A stretch of 56,100 nucleotides of DNA, counting the filler, from Ionaspis alba (lineage: Eukaryota), in the NCBI GenBank assembly GCA_964255285.1. It is 2 parts of 2 records of this genome, joined end to end, with 100 filler letters (N's around TTAATTAATTAA, not from the genome) between each part and the next. Parts side by side here need not be neighbours in the genome. Positions count along the whole stretch, not along the records: positions 1 to 28,006 come from CAXUUL010000130.1; positions 28,107 to 56,100 come from CAXUUL010000131.1. One strand, 5' to 3'. A program made the translations under genes and the position numbers. The notes beneath the pieces are model-generated. The model had not been told where the DNA came from. It ran no database searches and was given only the letters and a program-made list of their open reading frames with translations. This document shows positions 24,014 to 36,179 of this stretch, piece after piece (the first letter of the stretch is position 1; each line of letters opens with the position of its first letter).

Positions 24014-25709
24014 TCAAAATTGAACGTAATCGTCTTGCTGAGAGAGGAAGCCACTGTTTGTGACCAAATGCAGATCATCTGCTAAGCCATCCGAATCGAT
24101 ATCGTCGCTGTCAGTTGCGTCTGGTTCTTGGCTCGAAACGTCGCTCTCATCCGTGTCACCATCGTGAGCCAACAGTGATCTGCTTGGATTGGTGGATTCC
24201 GGGTTGGCATACTGCCTAATCTGACCGGCCCTATCGACATGAGGCAGGCGGCAACCGGGAAGGCGGCACATGCCCGTACTAGCATAGTCAGGGCATTCGA
24301 AGACGTGACGCTCTTCGCATAAGGCACCCTTTGAGCAGTAGCCAAGGATAGCGAAGTTCCTGCAAATGCAAGCTACTGGATTGACTCGAACATGGGCATA
24401 GCGACATGCCAGATTGGTACATTTGCCTCGTAAGAAGTGTAGGCAAGAGGGGACTCGTTCAAGAGTAGCGTCATGTGAGAGATCACATCTCGATCCAGCA
24501 TGACATTCGCCGCCCTTCAGATAGATTGGGCAAATGGCGACCTTGGCTGGATCGTGGATGTAAGGGCAGAGTGGACCTCTGAAGCACCGACCTAGAGTAA
24601 ATATAATACATCAGTCCTGCCAGCACTAAATTATCCTGTAATTGGATGAGAATGCATCTTGTCTGTGAGTAGCAACACGCAGGATGCAAAGAAAAGGGTA
24701 CCAGTTGAAGTGAATCGTTTGCACAAGTCAAGTGACTTCTTGGCTGGTCTGATTTCCCTACGCAACGTGAGCTCAGATCGATATAATGGGTGGCGACCAT
24801 CTCTTTGAGCCAGGTCTACGGCATGAAGCCACAGACGACACACACCTAGTCGCCTTCACTAAAGCAGACCGGTAAAGGTTGCCGTTCTTGCTGCGAACGA
24901 ATGTGACCCCTCCGATGATAGCTTTTTTAGGTGTCGATTTGGCAGTGTTAGCAGTTGCTACCATCCTTTCAGCAAAGTTCAGAAAGCATGCACACTGGAC
25001 TCACAGGGGTCTCGAAGTAGTCTACTTCCTCCATCACAGACTTGGAAGTCCAGACCGTTGATCTGAATGTTATGAGCTGCAGTATCCACGCTGAATGATG
25101 GCGATTTGCTGCTCCTAGATACTAGATTCAGATGATGGTTTGTCTTGGCCGTTTCCTTTTGACTGTTGCGCAAAGCTCTTTGTCGGCGAGTTTCTTCAAT
25201 AGCCCTGGTGCGTTGCTGGGATTCCCTGGCAAACACGGAACCCTTGATGAGTTGAGCATGGCGATCGTGCTTCGTTATCCACTGCACTGAAGAAGGAGGA
25301 GGGATATTGTGCAGATCATGCACGACCCCGATTACTCCTGGCTTGGGTTTTGAGACGTCGGCCGGATTGTTCACAGAGCTCGCTGAAGAATGCCCTGCAT
25401 TGTTGAGAACGAGGGTGCGATTCCGGTATGGACGAGGCATCAACTTCTTAACGCGACCTCCTCCACGTGCGAGAGGACCACCCCTGATAGAACCGGTAGG
25501 AGGTCGGAGCTCAGAGTTGTCATGCGCCTTATAAGAGCGATCTGTAAACGACGCATCGATCTGGGCATGGTCGGAGGGCGTCTGGATTCTATGCAGATTG
25601 ATCTGGCCTTGAAACACAGGTCAGCTGAGTTGGTAGAAGCAACTGCAAAGACAGGCTTACCAGCTAGCTGGCCAATGCGCGATAGCAAATCTTTGTCCGT
25701 CGACATCAT
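24014..25709 (-). CDS. Multi-CCCH zinc-finger protein, ZC3H3 / S. pombe Red5-like
   Basis: DKDLLSRIGQLAG/QINLH, YRNRTLVLN, WITKHDRHAQLI, GGVTFVRSKNGNLYR, followed by CCCH fingers (CPYIHD, CDLSHD, CLHFLRGKCTNLACRYAH, FAILGYCSKGALCEERHVFECPDY, CRLPHVD). Confidence 0.87.
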
Positions 25710-26130
25710 TTGTACTCTCCCGGTCAAATCCTACAGCGTTTTGTGTGTGCAGTCAAGGCCAGGGAGATTAAGTAGTGAGGCAGATATGAGTAATTTATAA
25801 GCGATGGCTCAGAGGTCTAATATGGCGATGCATCACGTGACTTACACCTTTTCTGAATTCATCCAAAGAGACGATTACATGGACGCTGGCAATTTTATTT
25901 AAGAGCAACTAGTAATTTTCGAGTTTCTCACTTTCAATGAGTTAGATTTGTGCGCACTGTTTGCAGCTTCAGGACTGGTCTAGTCCATAATACTTTCAGA
26001 AGATTGGTTTTGTACTCCCTGCCAACTTCTACTCTAGGAACGCAACATATAGCGCTTCCAGTCACAATCTTCATGCTTCCGAAATTATGCACAAGCCTCG
26101 GCCAATTTCGATTCGCATCTTTCCGTTCTT

Positions 26131-27466
26131 TTATTTGGGCAAAACATCCTCCATCTTGATAAGGTCCTCATCTTCACCAGTGTCGTCAGCGTTGTCTGAT
26201 ATCCCGTCAAAGCTGTAGCCTGCGTCTGGGGCAGTCTTGTCCTGTGCACCTTCTTGGATATGGGCATCGGCATAGGCACTGAATTTAGAGTCTCTGTTGA
26301 GCTGCCATGTCATGGCATGAGGACCTTGTTTCACAAGGTGAGCAACCATTTCGAGAGTCTGTTTGAGATACGCCTCTGGCTGGTTCAATTCCGCCTTGAG
26401 ACTCTTGAGAGGCCAGTAGGTGTATCGCCTAAAGCAATCTCCAATGAGGTCCAGCAGTTCGTTTTGAGGTATGCGTGCTGCTTTGAGCTCTTGAGCTCTT
26501 CCTCGCTGAGTGCTCGTATTTTTCTGTAATATGTGAGCAGACATCTTTTAGAGTATCCGTAGACTCACAATAAATGTGTTGAAACTGCCAGGTGTGCCGA
26601 TGGTACCTGGAGCAAGCAGATTTCCACCAGGCGCTGATGTATAACCGGCCAAGAATTGAGTCTCCTTTTTCGATTTAAGAACCTGCATCGCCCTCTCGTC
26701 CATGAGTCGTCGGTATTCCTCGTTCTCCACTGGAAGACAATTCATCTCTGTTCGGACGCAGCCCGCGAGGGCCGTCTTCTCTACAGTAATCAGTATATGA
26801 GCCAGAGTATTTGATAAACGATGTGATACGAACGTACTGGGAATAGCTTTCCTGTAGTAGGATTGCCATTTCCTGCTCTTGTCGATTTTGGACGACCCAA
26901 TCTTCGCTTGCTCCCTTGATTGATACCGCGGAGCTACCTCTGAGAACGGTAGGGATCCTCGATCATGAGTTACTCTAGAAGACATCCGAGACTTGGCAGA
27001 ATACCCCGGCAGATCTCTTTCAGTGAAAATAAAGGTATTCGATGGTTCTTGGTTGGTAATTTGCAGGTTGTACTCTTTTGGTAGACCCTCATTAAATGGA
27101 ATATCGGAAGCAAGTAAAATGCTCAACTACAGCCACGATAAGTAGTCACGCTGTAGGGCTGGGAACTTCGTGACCTACTCTCTTGGGGTTTTCTACATCG
27201 CCTTCCACTCGTACAGTACCCAGCTGAATCTCTTGGTCGTCTTCCATCTGCGACCACGACTTCCAGAGGAATTTAGGAATCCGGATTAGACAGACCTGCT
27301 GCGCCGAGTCGGCAAACTCGAGGTCTCCTGCATCCTCATAGATGTCCTCTTCTGAATGCGGTCCTGTGGAGGAGGCACTCGACTTCGATTCAAGTTTCGC
27401 ACCCGTGTTTACTACAGCTGTGCCTCCTTGCTCCACCTTGATGATCGGCACCTCGAGAGACGACAT
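26131..27466 (-). CDS. TFG2: Transcription initiation factor TFIIF beta subunit
   Basis: IYEDAGDLEF, LIRIPKFLWKSW, LPKEYNL, NTFIFTERDLPGY, KTALAG, and the winged helix KAARIPQNELLDLIGDCF..YTYWPLKSLKAELNQPEAYLKQTL. Confidence 0.93.
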
Positions 27467-28006
27467 AGTTGTGTTGCAGAGTAGAGATGACGTGCAAACA
27501 CTCAAGTTGTGAGCCAAGGTATCGAATTCTAGTCTACCTCATAGACAGATCAAGCGTGACGGCTTAGATATTAGGAAGAGGTCTATGGCAAGAGCTGCCG
27601 CGCGAGATTGAGAGAGCTTTTCATTCAGAGGTGGCTGGAAACCTTGACATACCGTCTTATTGACCTATCACCCGAAGACGGTCAAATAGACGTGATGCTG
27701 AATGTAGTGCTTCTACGGAGAGGGCGGCAATGATTTTGATCTTGGAGTCTTCTTTATGGTGCTAAACACATAATAGACGGATTTGTATGAACTGAGCAAG
27801 GAGGATGAGAGGTTGCGACAGGGCGAACTAAGCCTTATGGGCACTTGGCAGATTGGAGCTAAATTACATACGACGCGTATTAGTCGAGGTCGAAATGTTC
27901 CGCCAGGAAACGGTGGAGAGCAAGCGAAGCACTGAAACATGCTCTCAACATGGTGGTTTAGGTCTTTCCGAGACACAGTGATTACAATGCTAACCATATA
28001 GAAATC

Positions 28007-28106
28007 NNNNNNNNNNNNNNNNNNNNNNNNNNNNNNNNNNNNNNNNNNNNTTAATTAATTAANNNNNNNNNNNNNNNNNNNNNNNNNNNNNNNNNNNNNN
28101 NNNNNN
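28007..28106. other. Artificial contig linker: 44 N + TTAATTAATTAA + 44 N
   Basis: A six-frame-stop 12-mer is centred exactly in a 100-nt gap. Confidence 0.92.
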
Positions 28107-28460
28107 ACTATCGAGATTTATGAGAAGAGTTCTATACGGCCGGAGCAATGGCAAGACAGAGGGTTGTTTAGCATAAATTTTCTCTTACCCGATTCATAAA
28201 TACAGATAGAATACAACGTTTTATTACATAACTAGATCTCGACAGTTGTTGAAGAATTAAAACTTTATAACGTTGATTTCCAAATTTTTAACGCTTTAAA
28301 ATAGATTTACGATAATATCGCGACAGTTAACATTTAAATCACAATCTATCATTTGGTTAGGTAAGGAAGCTGTTCAACATCGCTCGAAGTAGGTAAAATA
28401 TCGGATTCTTTTAATAAAGAATCCGATTCGTTACCCCCCGAAAAATTTCATTAAGTTACG
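28107..28460. mobile_element. AT-rich, probably RIP-degenerated repeat/transposon relic at a contig end
   Basis: Abrupt AT-rich, TpA-rich, ORF-less tract containing a perfect 12-bp hairpin (28400-28427). No transposase motif is recognisable. Confidence 0.4.
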
Positions 28461-28681
28461 CCCGACTGGGTAAGGAATTCAACTTAACCGACGTTGCAGA
28501 ACCTCTCTTGAGTTGATAGATGTGGAAGAAATACAAGGTGCCGGTCTGCCCGAAGATAGTATAGAGCTGAAGTTCGGGGAGCCCATGTCGGCGATGGTTA
28601 ATGGATTCAAGCTCACAGCCCAAAGCGCCTTTGCCGTCCTTGGTTCTACTGCGTCGCGATGTTACTGTATCCTGTGATATT

Positions 28682-28809
28682 AGCTGAGGATCCTGGTTGG
28701 ATGACACGAGGTGACAAAATCCTGTCATCCGAACCTCTGACACCAGCCGAGGATCTTGGTTGGATAACATGGGATGATAAAATCCGGTCAGCCAAACCTC
28801 TGACACCAG
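28682..28809. repeat. Two diverged tandem copies of a 63-bp unit
   Basis: agctgaggatcctggttggatgac...ctctgacacc is repeated at 28682 and 28745. The differences are mostly transitions. Confidence 0.9.
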
Positions 28810-28970
28810 TGTTTTTCCTGTAGGACATGTCCAGCAGCTAAGGGAAGGGCAAAAGAAGCGTTGTTACTACATATATTGCTAATCCCTCATTGTGCTCTTT
28901 AAAGATTCAACCCGCCAAATTCCAATCCCTTAAAACTTAGCACACTCTTGGATATACCAAATCACAGATC

Positions 28971-29695
28971 ATGTCGAAGCCAATTCATCTCTTCTCCCAT
29001 CCCCAAGGGCCCAGCCCGTGGAAAGTTGCGATCATCCTTGAGGAACTCGGTCTTCCATACGAGAACGACTTTGTCCCTGGTGCCGACTTGCACACCCCAA
29101 AGTTCGAGAAGTACAATCCGAACGGCCGGTAAGACATATTTCTTCCCTCTGCTTCTTGACCGGTAGAGACTCTCCGCTCACCATCACCATTAGCGTACCA
29201 GCGATTATCGATCCGAACACTGACCTTACCTTGTGGGAGTCCGGCGCTATTGTGCAATACCTGATCTCGCAGTACGATACTAAGCACAAAATCTCTTTTG
29301 CATCGCCTCCAGAGACGCATTACGCTTCGCAATGGCTCCACTTCCAGACCTCTGGTCAAGGCCCCTATTTCAGTGAAGCAGCTTGGTTTGCCCACTTTCA
29401 CCACGAGAAGGTTGCATCCGCGAAGGAACGATACTTCAAAGAAATCCAGCGAGTCACCAAAGTACTTGATGGCGTGCTAGAAGGGAAGGACTGGTTGGTG
29501 GGTGGAAAATGCAGTTTCGCGGATCTGGTGTTCATCCCATTGTATTGTATGATCGGCTTCATTGATCAAGAGAACACCCTGCAGTTGGACAAGGAATGTC
29601 CAAACTATGCGAGATGGATGAAGGCTCTGATGGAAAGACCAGCCGTGAAAAAGGTGTTGGCTGATAAACAGGCGGCTATGGCTGCCTCGAAGTAA
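28971..29695 (+). CDS. Glutathione S-transferase, Ure2p-like class
   Basis: GPSPWKVAIILEELGLPY, NPNGR/intron 29129-29193/VPAIIDPNTDLTLWESGAIVQYL, QWLHFQTSGQGPY, WLVGGKCSFADL. Confidence 0.93.
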
Positions 29696-30452
29696 AGCAT
29701 CGGTATCTGAGTGGTCAATCGATATGAAAACAACTAGCAACTCGACTTTACTAATCTCGAAGTTGTTGTGGTGATGATGAACAGCTTCTCTTTCTCAGTA
29801 TCTAGATAAATCACCATATCATAGAACGACTCCGGTCTCAATGTCCTTATACATGTATACATTATCAATCCATCTATCAACGAAAGCAGTTTTTCATAGA
29901 CCAACCACCGTGGTTTCCGTGCCAGCTTCATTATGCTCAGGAATAGATCCATGTCGTGCTTCATGGTAGTGCTAAAATAGGATTGGTCTCGTGCCGCCAG
30001 GAAGTTTGCCTCCTGTCAATTGGGTAACTCGCTGAGCTTCTTGTTGACTCGCAGAAGTACGCGTGCTTGAGATTTTGGAGTTTCTCCACCATGTCTAGTC
30101 TGGTTCCCTCGATATCGGCTTGGCCTAGTCGAACGCTCACTGTGGAAGTGAATGCAGATATCAGAACCTAATTAGCGTGCTCTCGAAGCTGCGCTCTCGA
30201 AGCCGCACTGTCGGACTGGAAGGCCGCAATAGCTCGTCACCAGTGTTAGAATATGACAGTCTGAGCTTCGGGCTCGATAAGATGTCCAAGTTCTGAACCA
30301 GGTTCTTCTCGTCTGCTTTGTCAGGTCTTATATGGTGCCATTAGGTAACTTGTGATTCTGTTTCTCGTCTTTCCAGCTCACTTTCTTCCTAGAAAAATTC
30401 AAACATTAGCCAGTCATCCGGATAATATTATATTATATCCTCCCTTCAAAAC

Positions 30453-31242
30453 TCACTTCGGCCCACAAGTCGCACCATTTTCATGCTCGTGGTAGGTACA
30501 ACCACCCTTCTCAGTGGGATCATCGAACAATTTCCCCCCTGCACCCTCTCTTATTGCATTGATAACGTCGACTGCAAATTCGGCACTCCCCTCAAAGCAC
30601 ATTCGATAGGTAGCTGCATCTCTCACATTGCCGGGATCCATGATCTGTCTTGCAGCAATCCGACTCACCAGCTTCCTAAATGGACTCCCCAACGCTGTAC
30701 TCTCATATATAGGCTTCATCTCTTCCGGTCCGGGAACCAAACCCGCCTCGTTGCATCCCTTTCGGAACTGGTCGATGGCGAAATTTTTGAGTTGGGGCAG
30801 CTGGATCTTTTCACAAAGCACGTAGAGCTTCTGGCAAGCATCCGCATAGTCCCATTTCTTTTCATTCGGCAAAGTAGAGACGTCGTCAATGTGACCTTGA
30901 TATAGCCATTTGATGAGCAACTCGAAAGCGGATGGATCCGAGTCTGGGAGATCGATACGCGAGCTACTTTTCTTTTTCGGCGTATCTAAGTCGTTCAGAT
31001 GAGACTGAAAGTAGGGAGAGTGGTGGCTAAGGAGGTTGCGGTGGAGGGACCACATGCGCTGGTCGTGACCGACGCTTATCTCGACCAGTGGGCCAGAAAG
31101 AAGTCTATTCAGTATACGTCAGTCTTTTCAACCGGATAGGCGGAGCTCCCCATAAAGGGTTTTGTGAGCCCGGACATGGAGTCTTCCAGACATACTCGGC
31201 GAATGTCTTAGCAGTGACATCAGAGATATTGGTGCTTGCCAT
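30453..31242 (-). CDS. BTB/POZ domain protein
   Basis: MASTNISDVTAKTFAE/intron/LLSGPLVEISVG..WSLHRNLLSHHSPYF, IDLPDSDPSAFELLIKWLYQG, KLYVLCEK...LKN, C-terminal CTYHEH. Confidence 0.9.
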
Positions 31243-32039
31243 GCGGAAAGGTCCAGGACGTTTGTAAGCAAAGTCGCAGTAGTGGATGTGGAGGGAGTCG
31301 AGGCCAAGATTTCCCATAAAGATAAATGGTGAGTATTCGTGGTTATGTGGTCAGAAGTATGATATGTAGCGAAGCAAATCTCAAGGGATGTATCATTGCT
31401 ATGATTTTGCTTGTCTAGGAAGGCAAGACATATGTTAGGGCTCGCTGGAGTTAAGATGGCTGGGAGTCGCCGATGCCATGGTTGAACCCTATGACGCACG
31501 GGCCGACTCTGCAGGCTGTCGCAAACCGCTTCTTCCGGCTAGCGTGATGAAGCCAGGATCACCTGCGTTAGCGTGTTTTCGTCACGTCCGCCGGCACACG
31601 GGACGTGACAGCGATAGTGCGCGCGCGAAGCAATGACAGATGAACTTTGCAGTGTTCAGTGGCCTGACAATTGGCGTCCTACCAGCTTATGTCCACGTTC
31701 GATTGATAATTCATCAAGTAAAGCAAGCCGAGTAGATCTCCTATGGATTGTCTCAGCTCTGACTATTGAGGTTTACTGAGGACCACGGCGCCTCGAAATA
31801 ACGAGAAAAGGTGCATTACAAGGCGACGAAGACCACCAGCACATCATATGTAAGCTATGCCGAGCAATGATATACTCCGCCACCACCACACCTCCTTCAC
31901 TCTTGAACCCTTCGCCGATACCACAACCTGACTGGAGCCAGAACCCAAACGAATACACTGACTTGTACTGATTTCTTCATGGATCGCAGACTCGAGTTCC
32001 TACTATAAATCGAAACGATATCAAGAAGACCATCATAAC

Positions 32040-35025
32040 ATGTCTCTCATATCTTCGCCTATCTCTTATCCACCAAGCTCGTCTCCGCCCGAGCTGGCTG
32101 AATCTCGAAAGCGGTCTCATCCGGTCGACCATCTCGCTCCCTCGACGAAGAGACTGTTCGGCAAGCAGCTTTACAATTCCGCTGATCCAAAAGCAGCAAG
32201 ACCGCTCCTCAATACGGCACCTTTAGACATCGAAGGTTCGGGCAGAGCGCTTCTCAATGCAGCTGCCTCTTGTGCCCCCGGGCCATTCGTAGATGATGAT
32301 CTTGAAAACACGCGAGGGACAGGGAGCTCAACTGCTTTGGACACGTTTCAGCCTATTCCATCAAATGCCCGTCTGGCAAGCCAGGGAACTTTTAGGGCTA
32401 CACCGACCAATCTTCCATTCCCTGACCGAATTCGATCAACGTCTGGCAAGACTTTTAGCCTCCTAGCAAAGATCAAGCCTGACGTCACAGTGTATCGGCA
32501 GCTCATCGCGCAACGCTCAGTCACAGCACCTGGAAAGGCGAAAAAGAGTTATTATGGTATCGAAATCCATAAACTTATAGACGAATCCGACGCTCTGCAC
32601 AAATGCAAGGATTCAACACGCTTGTTGCCTGCTTGCCAGCCGTCCATCGGGATAGATCCACCCGGACTGAAGAGAAGAAGCAGAACAATGATGTGGACGG
32701 AGAAATATCGAGCTCGGAAGTTCACGGATCTGGTCGGTGATGAACGGACACACCGCACGGTACTCCGATGGCTGAAAGGATGGGACCATATTGTATTCCC
32801 TGGCAACAGTAAACGGCAGATCAAAGTCAAAGCCTCAGCAGAATTTGCCGAGGATCGGCCGCATCGAAAGATATTGCTTCTCACTGGTCCCCCCGGCCTC
32901 GGGAAAACCACACTAGCTCATGTCTGTGCCAAACAAGCTGGGTACGAAGTTCTCGAGATCAATGCCAGTGATGAACGAAGTCGGGAGATAGTAAAGGGAA
33001 GAATAAGAGATAGTGTTGGTACCGAGAATGTCAGAGGAGTAAACATGGAGACTTCGACGGGCAATGTCAGGAAAGCTGGTCGACCAGTATGTGTAATTGT
33101 TGACGAAGTCGATGGGGTGGTTGGTGGAAGCAGTATTGGTGGTGAAGGTGGATTCATCAAAGCACTGATCGACCTAGTCACTCTTGATCAAAAGAATTCG
33201 AATTCTATAGGAAGTGGGGCGAGATACGCGAAGAAAGGGGGGAAGGGAGACCATTTCCGGCTCCTGCGGCCAATTATGCTGATTTGCAATGATGTCTATC
33301 ATCCTGCTCTTCGGCCTCTACGAGCTTCTAATATGGCAGAGATCATCCATATCCGAAAGCCTCCTATGGATAAGGTAGTGGCGAGGATGGAGAATATATT
33401 CAGCAAAGAAGGTATTGCTAACGACAAAGATGGTGTCCGAAGGCTTTGCGAATTGACATGGGGCATAAGTAACCGAAAGGAGGCTCGCTCGAGCTCGAGT
33501 GGCACCGGTGACGGAGATATTCGAGGTCTACTGGTAGTTGGTGAATGGGTTGCAACCAAGCTTCGTACGGCTGCACCCTCATCTTCAACTGGACCACCAA
33601 AATTGACGAGACAGTGGGTAGAGAAAAACATGGTAGATGACCTTTCACATGAAGGCAGTGCATCTCGGGGCGTAGGTCGCGGTGGAGCTAAAGAAGCTGT
33701 CGACCGTGTCTTTCTCGATAATGCAGGGTTTCCAAGAAGCGCAGCTTCTATCGTGCCTAGAGACGGTGCGAACCACACAGATATCGGAACAGCAGCAGGT
33801 CTAACAGACCTCAACAAGGGTGCTGCCATGTCTCATCTCTGCGATATCATCAACACATGCGGTGAACCGGACCGCATCATGACTGATGTTTTCGCTGCAT
33901 ACCCTTCACAACCCTTCCAGGACGACAATTTCCTCTCCAAACCGAACGCCGCTTGCGACTGGTTGCATTTCCATGACACACTCTCTTCCAAGGTTTTCGC
34001 AGGGCAAGAATGGGAACTAAATCCATACCTTAGTCAGTCAATATTGGGACTTCATTACTTGTTCGCTTCGCCAGTAAAACACTCCTGGGCAGGAACCAAG
34101 GAGCAAAAGCAATGGGGAGCCGACGACGAGGAGGAACCTTTTGCCTTCTCCGGACCAAAAGCAGACTACGAAGCGTTTGAAGTCGGGAAACAAAACCGAT
34201 CTCTTCTTTCGGAATTACAGTCGTCTCTATCGCCTAACATGTTGCGATCTTTCCGGTCAGCCGAGGAGATTGCAACGGATCTCCTTCCGCACCTCGTCAG
34301 GATCTTGACACCGGACGTGAAGCCTGTCATTGTTGGAGGTAGTGGCGAGCAGCGAGGCACTGCGAGCGTAAGGCGTGAAGGAGAACGAGACATGGTTCGG
34401 CGTTCCGTTGAGGTGATGGACGCAGTAGGCGTCGTATTCGAACGATCAAAAATCGAAGACGCGAGGGGAGGACATGGAGGATATATCTATTGCATGGAGC
34501 CGTAAGTCAATCTGCGGCCCAGCAAGCCCTCAGAGAGTCTATATCATTACACTGACTAACTTTTACAGACCTCTCGACAGTCTTGCGCTTTTTGCGACTT
34601 CGACTTCCAAAAGCACTATTGCAATACCTGCACGATATGCTGTTCGTCAGGTCTTAGACCAGGAATTTCAGAAGTACCGCCTCCGGCAAGCTGCGGAAGC
34701 CCGACAAGCAAGATTCGGCACCGGGGCCGCATTAAATCCTCATACTCATGTTGAGGCAGTCCCTGACGGGAAGAAAGTATTCGCGACTGATAGGGCAGCC
34801 CAATCCAGAAGCAGGGTTGGCAAACCAGCAGGCGTAAAACGTGATTTCTTTGGGCGTATCATTGCTACTGATAGTCTTGCCCACGGAGAACAGGGCCAGG
34901 GTGAGGCCAAGAACACGAAGAAAAGTGGGCTAGAGGCAAATCGAATTTGGGTGAGCTATCACGAAGGCTTTTCAAATGCCGTGAGGAAACCGATCACTTT
35001 GGCTGAATTGATGAGGGGTATGTGA
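32040..35025 (+). CDS. CTF18: Chromosome transmission fidelity protein 18 (RFC-like AAA+ clamp loader)
   Basis: MWTEKYRA, LLLTGPPGLGKTTLAH, EINASDERS, VDEVDG, RPIMLICND.Y, KRDFFGR, and C-terminal WVSYHEGFSNAVRKPIT. One intron at about 34502-34568. Confidence 0.96.
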
Positions 35026-35381
35026 AGGCTTCCTGATAACGACTCTGAAGGGGTAGGATGATGTATGTCACAAAAGTCGTCGAGTGAACAATACAGGCCA
35101 AATAGACAACCAGCTCTGAAGAGCCGTCCGTCATTGGAATGAGAGCAGGATAATAGAAAATGGTTCGCCGTGAGACATCGTCGTCACTCACTATTTTGCA
35201 TCGCCGAACCTGACATGAAGTCTCCATGAATCGATCTACCACCGCTCATTGTCCTAAAATTTTTCAAGCGAGAGTTTCGGGGAATAGACCTGCAAAGGAT
35301 TGATTGCTCCCCGCGGAGCTCATCTTTCCGTTTCATCCGAATCTCTTTACCGCTACTACTGCACAGCCTAGGCGTCAATCC

Positions 35382-36179
35382 TCAGATTCCAGCATACCTC
35401 CTCTCACAATCTGCCGGATTGATCCTCTTCCCCCCTTTTGCCACAATTCTTCTTGCCACATCATCCCAGAATTCGCGCCTCGTCTCCCCGACAGCTTCCA
35501 CAAGTAGCAAATCCAATTCATCATTCCAGAACTCCTTAGCTCCATCATCCTCCACTAACTTTCCGCGCTTCTTAGCCTTGATTTCATTCCTTTTACGCTT
35601 AGACTCGGTGGTAGCCTTCTCCTCTTCAAGGACAGCGAGGCGGTGAGTGGTACGTGCATAACGAGAATAGACGTTCTCCTTCGTGAAGTTCTCCAAATTG
35701 TCAGTCACGTCGTCACCGTAGAATAGACCATCATTCAGAGTTGAAGATATGTCTTCCCATTTCAAGCCGTCCTCATTGCGGAGACGAAGGATGGTGAGAT
35801 TCGTAGGGTTTTTTTCGGGATTTATATGCTCGCCATTCGACGCCGAGTTTGGGAATTGGCCATGATTCGAGTGCAGAGCTTTTTGGGTGAGTTTTAACGC
35901 TGCAGCGGGGGTCCGTTTTGCTGCAGGTTGAGGAGATGAAGATGGTGGCGGGCTGTCAGAGCGGCGTTGGCGAATCGAAGAGCGGCTAGGTTTGTCATTT
36001 GGAGGTACGACCTAGGTTCGATTAGCCGTGGTTTGAGTAGCAGGAACAGATCTATTGACAGGTGCTTGTGTTGTATGTGCGCGACTTGCCACCTCGTTCA
36101 GGATGGCGCCTAGGCGGTCACTGGGTGTGAAGGATATATGAGCCTTGGCTGGCATGTCTGTCTGAGGCGTGATGTCCAT
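35382..36179 (-). pseudogene. Myb/SANT-like fungal gene interrupted by one in-frame TAG (pseudogene or recoded CDS)
   Basis: The frame from ATG 36179 to stop 35382 is open except for TAG at 36014-36012. The downstream part has ILRLRNEDGLKWEDISSTLN..VYSRYAR and WNDELDLLLVEAV..FWDDVARRIV..CERRY. Confidence 0.6.

Noticed and set aside
27713..27997. 94-aa ORF next to the linker gap
   Set aside because: No recognisable domain on either strand, and the context is truncated by the contig end.
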